Assembly: GCA_051362555.1 (NCBI GenBank)
Contig: CM120643.1
Location: 18,232,848-18,296,847 of the forward strand
DNA from: Lingula anatina
Lineage: Eukaryota; Animalia; Brachiopoda
Reading direction: 5' to 3'
Length of the DNA: 64,000 nt
Shown here piece by piece: positions 1 through 10,871 of the stretch; the stretch's first letter is position 1, and each line of letters starts with the position of its first letter. The translations under genes were made by a program, and so were the position numbers. Under the pieces are notes generated by a model that saw only the letters and a list, made by a program, of their open reading frames with translations, did no database searches and was not told the DNA's origin.

Positions 1-211
1 CAATATCTTAAAGTTGTAGTACATTTGGGTAGGACCTTTGGGTGTCTCTGTCTTTCTCTCGTGTTGTTACGAGGATAAGCTATTTTTATTTCGTTAACCT
101 CCATATTGATTAATAAATTAATTATAAATCATTAAAAATATACATAGAATTATCAATAAGATTACAGCTCGAGTGATTGAAAGAAATGGCGTTTAATTTT
201 CATCTCTACAG

Positions 212-1251
212 GTGGAATATTTCTGACGATTGCCGGGGACATACATCAGGAACAGGTAGGTCAACATATGTATAGTGCTAATGTATGTAGTATTGTTATC
301 AATTGAATATCCATATTAATGATAATGAGAGATTTTACCCTATTTTGGGGTGTCATGCAGAGATTAACCTGATCTTGTTCAGATGTCAGTGAAATCACCT
401 GGCGATGCGGCAAGTGAATCAACCATTGGTTTAACGTTCTCTGCTCTGTGGGAACTAGCTGTAAACTTTCCTTTACATTTCAAAAGTAAAATAAGTATCT
501 GTTAATTTTGGGTTCTTTAGTTATCGGAAAAGATTTTTTCTGTGTAAACTAAGCCAAATTAAGCAAAACTGATGTATGAGCTACTGGAATGCCTAAGCTA
601 AGTGGGCAACTTATGGCGACGCATATCATAGTTGTATCAAATACGAACTTGATAAATGTGATCAGGATGAAACTATAACATTAATATTACTACCATTTCT
701 CTTTTCAGTATGTTAAGGCACATTGTGAGAGTTATAAGTATAGTATTGCTTTGTATATTTGCACATCCAATTGTGGGACACTTCTCTGCCTAGAAAACGC
801 TCTTTGTCACCTTTTGCCAACAAGAAGACTTGTAAAACAGAGATTATATACTGTGCATGTATACGCATAGTCTCAACAGCCCGTGTTGGTTGAAGACGCA
901 ATGGGGTCGTGAACCAGTCAATTTTTACTAGTCTTTTACAAGTTTGAAAGGCACATAAAGCTTATGGAGTAATTTTGGTAAATGCCATTCGTTTCAGAAC
1001 ACCCGGGTCGGTTTGTATTACACGGGTCTATCTCTGTGTGCTGTTGGCGCAGCCTGTGTTAATTCTGTGATTACTCCCTATGGAGCGGACCAGATTGACA
1101 CGAAATCTGCACAAAGATCTTTCTTTCACTGGTAAGAACGTCTCGAAATTTAACAATCAGCTGGATTCATGCGTTACTTGTTTATAAATACGCTATCGTA
1201 GACTTTAAAATCTCCGATAAACGCGAAGTTGATGATGTCTCTTTTGACGTT

Positions 1252-1290
<39 letters not shown>

Positions 1291-2568
1291 GGCAACATGA
1301 GTTTTTATTGAATAATTTCGATTAAAAATGTATAATTCCTATTAGATTTTCACATTTGGTCTTACTACACAGTTAACGCTAATGCTGCCATAGAAGGCCT
1401 TATCCCAAGAGAAATATAATACTAGAAAAACGTATGAAGATGTGGTCTTAAATTCAGACGTGCATTGTGTTTACCCTTTATGACGCAATATAAAATATGT
1501 TCATCACGTCATATTGTTTCAGGTCTTACTTCGTCATTAACGTTGGTGCTTTAACGGCCATAACAGGGATAAATTACATAGAGAATGTTGACGGTTACTG
1601 GTTGGGTTTCATGTTTGCCCCGCTGTCTCTTACCATAGCGCTAATTGCCTTCCACCTCACCAAAAAATGGTGCACGGAAAGAGACAATCCAAGTACGTTG
1701 CCTACTTTCTTTATACATTATTACTTAAACCGTGGACTATTTTGTAAACCGTATATACATATTTTTTAGTTCCACTGTAAAATAATCACAAAATCATCTG
1801 TATACCTAGTTTGAGCAATGACAATTGGACAATTTGCGTAATCCTAAGAATGGAAGAATGGGATCCCTTTAGATTTGTACAGGTTAGGTATAGGTTCCGT
1901 CAAAAGGCAAGGGTCGGTGACGAATGTCACCTGCACGAAATGTTAGGAGAGAGCTTGTCATTCTTTCTACACTAGCCTCACAAAAGAACTGGAGATTTTA
2001 GTCTTCTTAGGACCAAAATAGATCGGCTTTATTCCACATTTTAGACTTCATAGACCAAAGATAATAGAAAAGATTTTAGTTTTCTTAGGCCCCAGATAAG
2101 TGGGTAGTCCACATTGAAATATTGATATAAATGTAAATACCGGTAAATGTTTGAAATGTTGTTATAATAATAAGGCATGGGTTGGACCCGACAGAACCTG
2201 CAGCAGAAATTATCTTCTTGCAGAATAGTAGAATATTTCAAGCTTTAAAAGGTTTTAATTTTTATAAAGAAGATTAATTCTACATGTATACGACTTACTA
2301 TTGATTAACAAATCTGCGTTGCAGGTGCCGATATTTTTCTGTTTTATTGGTCTTTTAAGGTTACTGGTTACTCGTGGCGGCACGACAGGTATTAGAACGA
2401 TTCAAAAGCGGTAAATGTAACAGTGGAAGCCATGCTACGTTATCAACACGGCGCAACTTTGCGGTGGAGGCGGAAGACAAGAAAATGTTCACCAGAGTTG
2501 TTATAAATATTGCAACATTGTTAGGGTTTAGTGTTATTATGTCATCGGTAAGTTATGTCATGTGCACG

Positions 2569-2603
<35 letters not shown>

Positions 2604-4492
2604 AATATGTTTCCCTCTGAAGAACCGTTCCTATCCTTGAACGTTAGATTTGGTCATTAACGCAATTTAATACGAATAATTTCTATGTATTGTTCAATTC
2701 TATTACGAAAACGTGACACATGATTTTCATGCATTCAATAGTTCCAGAGCACCTACCAAATCCAAGGTCAGCGCTTAAATGCAACGTTTATCGGCACAGG
2801 GAAAATAACAGCGTCTTCCATAGGGTCATTCGATGTGTTGATCATTATTATAATAATTCCAATTCTGGATATTCTTGTATGGCCGTTCTTGATGTCGAAG
2901 GGAATTAAGATATCACACCTTTATAGGATCGGTAAGTAAACTGTAAGTGACGTCTCTTATAGCTTCTCGTCCAATCAAGAGTGAGTTGAAGATGGCGCGT
3001 GAAAAGACGAGAGATACTGTATAAATGTGAGTAGGGATTACTTGGAATTGTTTGCCTTTGAATTGGGTGTCTTAGACCGCATTCACAACGAATTGAGCCA
3101 GGCTTTACAAATCCTGGGGACTAGATATGGCGGACGTACATGAAAGAAAAACCGCCTAATCTTTTAATAGTCTCTCCGCCTCTCACACGCCTCCCCATGT
3201 GTAGTCCCAATGGAGCAGAGATATGATGACTGTACCCCCGCATATAAATATCTAACTGTATTTTGCCATTATAGGATTTGGCACACTATGGGGCATTCTG
3301 TCTGTATTTTATAATTATTCAACTGTATTTTGCCATTGTAGGATTTGGCACACTCTGTGGCATACTGTCTGCATTTGCGGCGATCCTGGTGGAAGTCACC
3401 CGAAGTTCCTCCCAGCTCAGTATTTTGGTTCAGACCCCACAGTATATTCTAATGGGTCTTGGAGAAGTGTTTGTGTACATTCCAGGTATAAAGGTCGATA
3501 AAAATGTTAAAAGATGTAATAAAACTGTATTCTGTAAAATTTAATGGGTGATTGTCAAAGTCTCAACTTGTGGCACCGATAAATTAAAGTCGAATATGTT
3601 TCAAGTGGTATTTCACATTAAGAAACAATGTTACATGGATTGGTAGAGTAGGAATATTAGATCTTAAGATAAAGTTGAGAAAATTAGCGACCTCTTACTG
3701 TATATTCCTTGACTGAGGCAACAGTAAACTAACATACACGGTAGTCCTTGCTGAAGCCTGTTTTCGACAACAGTTCGTCAATGGAACAGGGTCCCTGTCA
3801 ATTGTCAATTTATTCGATCTTACAGGTTATGAAATTGCGTATATAGAATCTCCCAGTTTCACCAAGTCTACATCCATAAGCCTGGTTTTCATAAATATGG
3901 GAATCGGCTATTACTTATCCACGATGATTATTAATTTTGGAAAAGAAGGTGAGGTATTCCCTTGTGAAATCAAATATGAATGCCATCCATTTTATGTTAA
4001 AAAGGGATGCATATAATACATGTGCATGTACACGCGAAACACAGGGTCGACTTCCTCATATTATTTCACTGTAACATAAAGAATTGTAAAAATTTATTTT
4101 CAACAGCAGGTGTGCAATGATTCAAAACGTATCATTTATCACTATTAGAAATCATGAAAATTAATAAGGTGACGCTTTTTCGTATTCTGATGGGTGTGGA
4201 GTCATGCTCCGATCATGTACCGGGTCGTGTAATCTGAGATACGTGTATTACCACGTATTCATTTTTGATGTTAAGTTAAAGCAATTACCCTTTACTGATT
4301 TCAGATTGGCTGGCGCCGCACAAAAACCCACAGCTAGTATACTTATTCGCCATATTGATGAGTGTGGGGATAGCGTTTTTTATCCTATACCTGATTGTGA
4401 CGTGTACTCGGAAATATTACCACGTATTTCATCAGGGAACTAACCTATCCGGTTGTGTGAATCCCGATGATAGTGTGTCGTCGAACCATTGA
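212..4492 (+). CDS. SLC15/POT (PTR2) family peptide transporter, SLC15A4-like, 5'-truncated by the window edge
   Basis: GT-AG exons in consistent phase: 212-255, 998-1131, 1523-1692, 2360-2547, 2742-2931, 3342-3485, 3826-3948, 4305-4492 (TGA). Translation has PYGADQ, FFHWSYFVINVG (PTR2 signature-like), QSTYQIQG, PQYILMGLGEVF and YEIAYIESP, all typical POT motifs. Confidence 0.85.
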
Positions 4493-4549
4493 CTCCTTCA
4501 TCGTTGACTTTTTTAATGAACGTATGTATTGGAATGACTCGTAACACAC

Positions 4550-5135
4550 GAAGAATGGGTGTCATCCGAAATGGGTGTCTCTCGACTTGGCGGAAAATTA
4601 AACAATGTTATTGCCGGGTTTGGAGTGAGTGTGATAGAAAATAACGACAGGCCAGTGAGTGCAGAGTCGCAACGAAAAAAAGCTGACATGTCCACGGATA
4701 TTTTTCCCTTTGAAGTAGAAAATGCATATAATTTAGGTAGATATTTCAGTTGGACGATCTTCTCTAACGGCTGTCTAGGGTTCAACAAACAACAAGTGTC
4801 TATTCTGATGGAGTAGAGGGTATAGGTAAATACGTGAAGGTTAAATAATCGGTTTTGCTCCAAGTGAATATTGTGGACTCGTTGCGTTGGCTGTGACAGC
4901 TTAAGGCTGTGGTAACTGGGTTTCCTTGGAAGACAGTCTAAATGATAGGCTCTGTGTGGCCTCTGATAAATATACCTGACTTCGATGGTATGGAGGGTTC
5001 CAATGAAGCTTATTCCAACGTTCGCTGGAGTTTTTTCTTGGCTATATAGGGAGGTAATAAAAGTGTAGTCATCAAGTGATTCTTAGTGGCGGCTGGGTAG
5101 ATGTGAGGGCGAATTACCCTGTGTTCCTGCAGCAA
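4550..5135 (-). mobile_element. Degenerate non-LTR retrotransposon AP-endonuclease remnant (RTE-like)
   Basis: Minus-strand fragments with frameshifts and stops read LQEHR, YTFITS, FQGNPVTTALSCHS and KYPWT, in the order expected for an RTE-clade APE domain. Boundaries are approximate. Confidence 0.5.
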
Positions 5136-5677
5136 TCACAAAACCGCTTGGAAACGTTTTCATAGCCAAACAGTAAGAATAGTAGTATAATTATATTATA
5201 CTAAGTGTTGGTTAAATATTCTTAATGGCACTAAATGTCTTAATAGTTTAAAGACATTGAGACGCATGTATAGTGCAATTTTTTTAGATATAAAATATTA
5301 TTATTATCATGTTGAGTGTTGTTGTTGTTATTGTTATCTTCAATGATGTGACTGTGAGTTACACACAAAGTAACCATTATAGTTTACGCGAAATTAACAA
5401 ATCAAATATGGAAAAGCAAACGAACCTTTATCGGTGTATGTGTACATTGCGTTTTCAAAATAAGTAAATAAATAAATTAACAAATAAAACATGTAAATAT
5501 ACCGGCAATAATAATAATAACAACAGAGTAGAAAAGTTGAAGAAATTAAATGTAAGTATATGAACATATTTCAACTCGACCTTTGTGTTAAGTAATTTAT
5601 CTCACATAAAAGATAGATATTGCTACTGTCTTGTCGAAATTTTTTATCGTATGAAGTAAATGATAAACTTTACTGTC

Positions 5678-5841
5678 CAGGGCCGTAGCCTCCGGGGGGG
5701 CAGGGGGGGGCAGCTGCCCCCCCCCCCTGGGATTTAGAATTTTCCACACTGGTAGGGGGACACCCCCTCTCCCTTCGGGGGCTTTGCCCCCTCGTGTCCG
5801 CTTACTGCCCCCCCTGGCATTTTGCTCAGGCTACGGCCCTG
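5678..5841. mobile_element. MITE with CAGGGCCGTAGCCT termini and 5-bp TSD
   Basis: 14-bp perfect TIR (cagggccgtagcct...aggctacggccctg) flanked by CTGTC on both sides; internal G/C runs. Confidence 0.85.
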
Positions 5842-6273
5842 CTGTCAGAGCGTGTCATTAGATGCAAATGCACATGTTTACGTGAAATTGTATTTCCATC
5901 TATCCGAAACTCGTTGACACCAGCTTAATCATAACAAGAGACTCTTAATTGCCATGCAGGGAAGGGTGAGACTGTGAACAAGCTACTATTCTACATGTAT
6001 TATCACATGTAGTCCGCCTCGCAGCATTATTAACGCTTTTCTCATTTGGGAAGGGATGATTACTGGTTTTAAGAGTAATTTATTTTCTATATGAGATGCA
6101 CTTATAAAGGTTTCAAGGGTTGTAAAGGTACACCCGTAAAACAAAATTGAACGGTCCATTGTTGAGAGTTCAGATGGATATTTTTGAATGACGCAAAATG
6201 CTAAGAACGGTGTGTGACTGGTGAACACCCTACTAGTGCATAACTCCCCAAGGCGAAATAGAAACAGTTATTA

Positions 6274-6316
<43 letters not shown>

Positions 6317-6984
6317 TATGAAAATTTAAGGCACCCGCATTAAGTTCTCGTTGAAACCACTTTCCCTCGATCGTCAATATTTGTCTGCCATGACTATTTT
6401 ATTTGAATTTATGGAGAAATTCTGTCTGCTGTTTACGAAAAGAACAAACTGGCACTCCGCCAAATCAATGCAGGTGCTTGGTGACTGTAATCAAGCCTTA
6501 ATTGTTGAAGGTGCGGAACACCTGCCGTCCAAGATCGAGATAAGGCAGGGAAATTGTCGTGACTTTTAAAAATCTCTGGCATGTTTTGAATACATGGAAT
6601 GAATTTGTCATACGTAAAATCTTAATTAGGAAGTGTAATTTCACACGTTTTAAAGAGAAAATCCATACCTGATAATTCTCACGGCGTGAAAACACGTTGG
6701 TTACATGAAACTATATGGTAGTTGAAGAAATTAAGAAGTCTGTAAGTTACTGTAAGTAACTGACTCGCGCTGCCAGTAATTACGCCGCGGGATATTCAGG
6801 GCACAGACCGTGATCATAAGATACCGCGAATAGAAAATAGATTTTTAGAAAATAGACTTTCCATGTGAACGAAGCCTAGTGTCCCCCTATCTCGTGCTTG
6901 GTAAAGCTTTCATGATCATTACTGGTCCTCTTTATCGGTAAGCAGCAAAATGACCGTACATTGTGCATCACGTTGTTTGCCTAT

Positions 6985-7060
6985 CACTTCCAATCAGGCA
7001 ATCCCATATTTGACTTCGAGCTGACCTTGGCATCAGGGCACCCTTGCTATATAACATCAA
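6985..7060 (+). promoter_or_regulatory. Candidate core promoter of the ependymin-like gene
   Basis: CCAAT at ~6990, TGACCTTG (nuclear-receptor half-site) at ~7022, TATATAA at ~7048, about 50 bp upstream of ATG 7101. Confidence 0.45.
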
Positions 7061-7100
7061 AGAAGTGCACACGACTTCTGTTGATGACAAAGAACCCAAA

Positions 7101-10000
7101 ATGGCAACGTGGAGTTTGTGTCTTATGGTGATCAGTACTTTTGCGTCGTTGCAGTTTGCAACGGGTAAGTTGGGTGCTTTTAGGGTATAGAAATACTACA
7201 AAACACGGTATGTTCACACATCCTTATCATATACATGAATGGCATGTTAGTAGTGAACTCCTATTAAAGTTTTATGTCTTAAAACTCGAATCGTTGATTT
7301 GTAAAATTTTTCAGCGCACTAAAACTGCGTTCAAAGCAATTTTGAATAGTGTGTAATATGACCATCGAGGTGAGCTGCTCAGTTAGCTGAACACCTCCTG
7401 GATGTGTTGTTTTTTTCTTTGCACTGTCAATCGCAGAAAGTGGCAAATTTGCTCTATGCTTGGCAATTCCCATACATGTGTTATAAAATGTTTATGAAAG
7501 GGGGTGATTTCAATTATTTGTGATATTTGATTTTATTGATTCTATACCGTGGAATACCGTTTCCAATGAACAGTAATAATTATTTAACGAAATTCTTCAA
7601 TCTCAATTTAAAAGTTGGTAATCCTCATTATGTCCACTCAACCGCTTTAAATTATACACCGCTGCCATACGCTATTTATTCAAGATGTCCTGAAGCAGTT
7701 ATTAGTATCATGCATAAATCACTTGTTTTTCCTGTACGTAGTATTGAACAAGTACTAACCACGCATCACTGCAAAGCTCATCATTATCATGTGAGCAGTC
7801 CTATGGTAAAATAAGTTGAGTTTTTTCTTCTCTTTTTTCCCTTTTTTGTTCATCACGTTTTTTTTATCTGGTAACCTGATATCAGGACTTTCTTAATCGT
7901 ACTTCGATTATTTTCATTGTTGTCGAAGCTACATGTATACCGGGGTAGTATTTCTCTTCTTTTTATTATTTCACAGCACTTGACTTATTCCATGAGTATT
8001 TTACGTTAAACGTATTCATGTTTATACATTTATTTATTTATTTACATTGTATTTATTAATATTGTGATTTGATGGCAAATTAAACCCTTTCTCATTTACA
8101 TTAACATAATATATGTAATAAGGCACGTGAAAGGTAACTTCACGTGCCACCAGAAAAGGGGTCAAGTGGACTTGCGTAAGTATACGGCGAACTTGACCGC
8201 ACAAGCTCAGATCTTATCTTAAACGTTCCGCAGATATCTTCACCTAGCCCATGTTTACACGTTCAATAGTCAATTGACGTTGAGTTTAAGCGCAATGGGT
8301 CATAAACAGGCCTACCCAACTACCAGACTCGGCACCTAAGGATCCTGAATTAACCGGTATATCGGACCACACTACCCGTTTTCAAGGTGTGTGTCAGATC
8401 GCATTTCGGAGTATCAGCCAGAACACCGACAGGATGAGCCCTGGCATGCTCGGCTGTCACCTTGATTGGATAGTAAACGATTGTCGTAAAATCGCTGTAT
8501 GATTTTAAAACCGGGTGCATAAATTTGAAAGCCACCTAGATGAACCTTAGACTGCCACATTAATCTAATACAATGCAAAAAAGCCCTATCAAAAGTGGTT
8601 AAAACATTCAAACCGAATGTCGTAAAGTCTCCATATATCCCCATAGAGACAAAAAAAAAAAAAAAAATAGAGTACTCTAAAGTAAGAGTACAGTTTAAGG
8701 TTGTTCAGCCGAGCGTGGATGAGCCCGCAGTCGTGCTACAAAATTTGTTCTGGGTTATGATACTCCGAAATGCGATCTGACACACACCTTGAAAACGGGT
8801 AGTGTGGTCCGATATACCGGTTAATTCAGGATCCTTTGGTGCCGAGTCTGGTAGTTGGGTAGGCCTGATAAATAAGAACAGTAGAAGGGGTGAATCCCCA
8901 ATCCGGTCGATTAGGGTGGCATCCTTCAAAGCACACAGAGCTCGTTACACTTTTGAGTGGCTAAAGAGAAAAGATTCGGATTGATAACCTTTATCTCCGA
9001 GGTACACAATGTCCAAAACTGGCAGATTATAGGAGTATTTTTGTTTAATTAGTGACTGTTGATTTGCTTCTATAATGCAGTTTGTATAAATGAATAAAAC
9101 CGCATTCAAGGTGCTTTCGGAGGGCGGAATCAGGAAGAAGCGTTATTTGCCATTATCCTCTGCCAAAACAAATAAAAAAACAAACAAAAAATCAGAGGCG
9201 AGGTTTACGGTGTGGTTTACAGTATGTATTAATCAAATGTCAAGAAGTGAGTATGAGGGTCTGACTTAATTATTCTTTTCTTTCTTTCCCCAGCACTTTA
9301 TGTCGTGGAACCGTGCTCCGGCGCAGCAGGTGTGCCCCCCGGCAAGAACTGCCGCGACGTCCCGGTCGCAGAGCGCGTCCCTCCTCTCTACCCTAAGCAA
9401 TTTGTCTGTCGTATTCAAGGCTGGACCGGATTTCCGGCTCAACCCAACGCCACATTTCGGGTGCACGTGCAGCAAGACAATCTCTGGCTGTTTGACTACC
9501 CGAATCTGCGTCTCCGGTTTGCCGGGCCTTCATGGGTCGGGTTTTTGAAACTGAATTCAAATTTCACGCACACCGGTACAATGTCCTACACGACGCTGCC
9601 ATTTTTACCCAATTTCTGCCTCTGCAACGACGTTGGGATAGGCATATTGAAGTATGACGCTTTCGGCGACGCCACGTTCCTCGGTAGAGAGACCATCACG
9701 ATCGAATACGAACACGGCGACCATGAAGTGGACCACTACGAGAAACTCGGCCATCACTTTTGGATGGACGTTGCAACGAAGCTTCCTATTCGTTTCTTCC
9801 AAGAGGGGGCGGGACTACAGGTATACAGCGAGTGGTCTCAGCAAGTTAATGCAAATGATTTTATGCTACCTGAACGGTGCTTTGGTGATTGCAATAAAAA
9901 TCCTGTGCATAGTCAAGTTATGGATATGATTAAGTTTGGTATTAACCCATTGGCGTACGCTCGTGCTGCCGCGATTGAAGTTTTGAGAGGTCACAAATAA
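7101..10000 (+). CDS. Secreted ependymin/LolA-fold-like protein (At4g14100-like), two exons
   Basis: Exon 1, 7101-7164, encodes a signal-peptide-like MATWSLCLMVISTFASLQFAT followed by GTAAGT. Exon 2, 9294-10000, follows a strong pyrimidine tract and CAG and joins in phase with the 231-aa ORF. Motifs: PxYPxQF, FDYPN, GIL..D....ATFLG, W.DV.TK.P.R and a terminal FxLPxxC. Confidence 0.75.
8307..8867. mobile_element. MITE with ~110-bp near-perfect TIRs and 5-bp TSD, in intron 1 of the ependymin-like gene
   Basis: 8307-~8416 (caggcctacccaactaccagactcggcacc...) is the reverse complement of ~8758-8867, with one mismatch seen; ATAAA flanks both ends. Confidence 0.9.
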
Positions 10001-10871
10001 AAACAATATACATTTTGGTTACATTATTCACTAGTAAATAGGCATACATAAAATCAAATGTATACATACGTTAATTTTTAGTTGAAAAATAACGAGAAAA
10101 CTCGAAGCTGTAAAATGAATTTCGACGAAAACTGTCCAAAAAATTTTTGTCTTTTAATGTTACAGATTGTAAAAAATTGACAAGGTTTGGATTCCATCCA
10201 CTGGGGTGGGTTGTTAGTTACCAAATCGATCTAGTCAAATAAGTGAACAGTGACACTACTAGAAATTGTAAACCTATGTTAAATGATATGCAAAAGGTTT
10301 AATCACTATCTTTTGAAATTTAAGAAGCTTAGTTTCACGAATATGTAACTACTAGTGGTTTGATATTTTTCACTCTTTAAAATCATGTTATGTTCGTTCC
10401 GGTGGCTCAATAAACAAGATTACGTAAAACACCATGGCTTTTATCTACGTATTTCCTGGCTTCTTATTGCTCTTTAAATGCTATTTTGAGGTTGTCTTGT
10501 CGAAAACAATCATCTTTTCATCAAATGAATAAAATGTTCTACCATCGGTTGCAAATACATCTTAAAGTGAAATTGCACTTCATCTTTACGAATATGTCAC
10601 CGATGTTCGTTGATACCCGGTGAAACACAGCAAGGGTTCCTTAATTGCTATGCAGGAGAGGATGAGGATGTAAACGTGCTAAGATTTCATTATCACAATA
10701 TTATTTATAAGCGTACTGGCTGTTTTTTTTTTTTCATTTAATGGAAAATTATATAAAACGTCACGACATATAGAACGTACCAGAAACCCTTCATTTGTGG
10801 AAGCAGGAACATCCACATGCATTGTATATATATACCATTGTACTGATACCGCGGCGCAAAGTTATCTCACA

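Noticed and set aside
9294-9840. GC/CpG richness of the ependymin-like exon as evidence of horizontal transfer
   Set aside because: VAT1L exons 1-3 look similarly GC-rich, so composition alone is uninformative; only phylogeny can decide.
10797-10871. 25-aa N-terminal extension of GPCR1 in the ORF track (likewise 18461-18535 for GPCR2)
   Set aside because: GPCR1's extension starts at GTG and spans a TATA-like element; GPCR2's upstream ATG is only ~7 bp from its TATA. Downstream ATGs are more plausible, pending TSS data.
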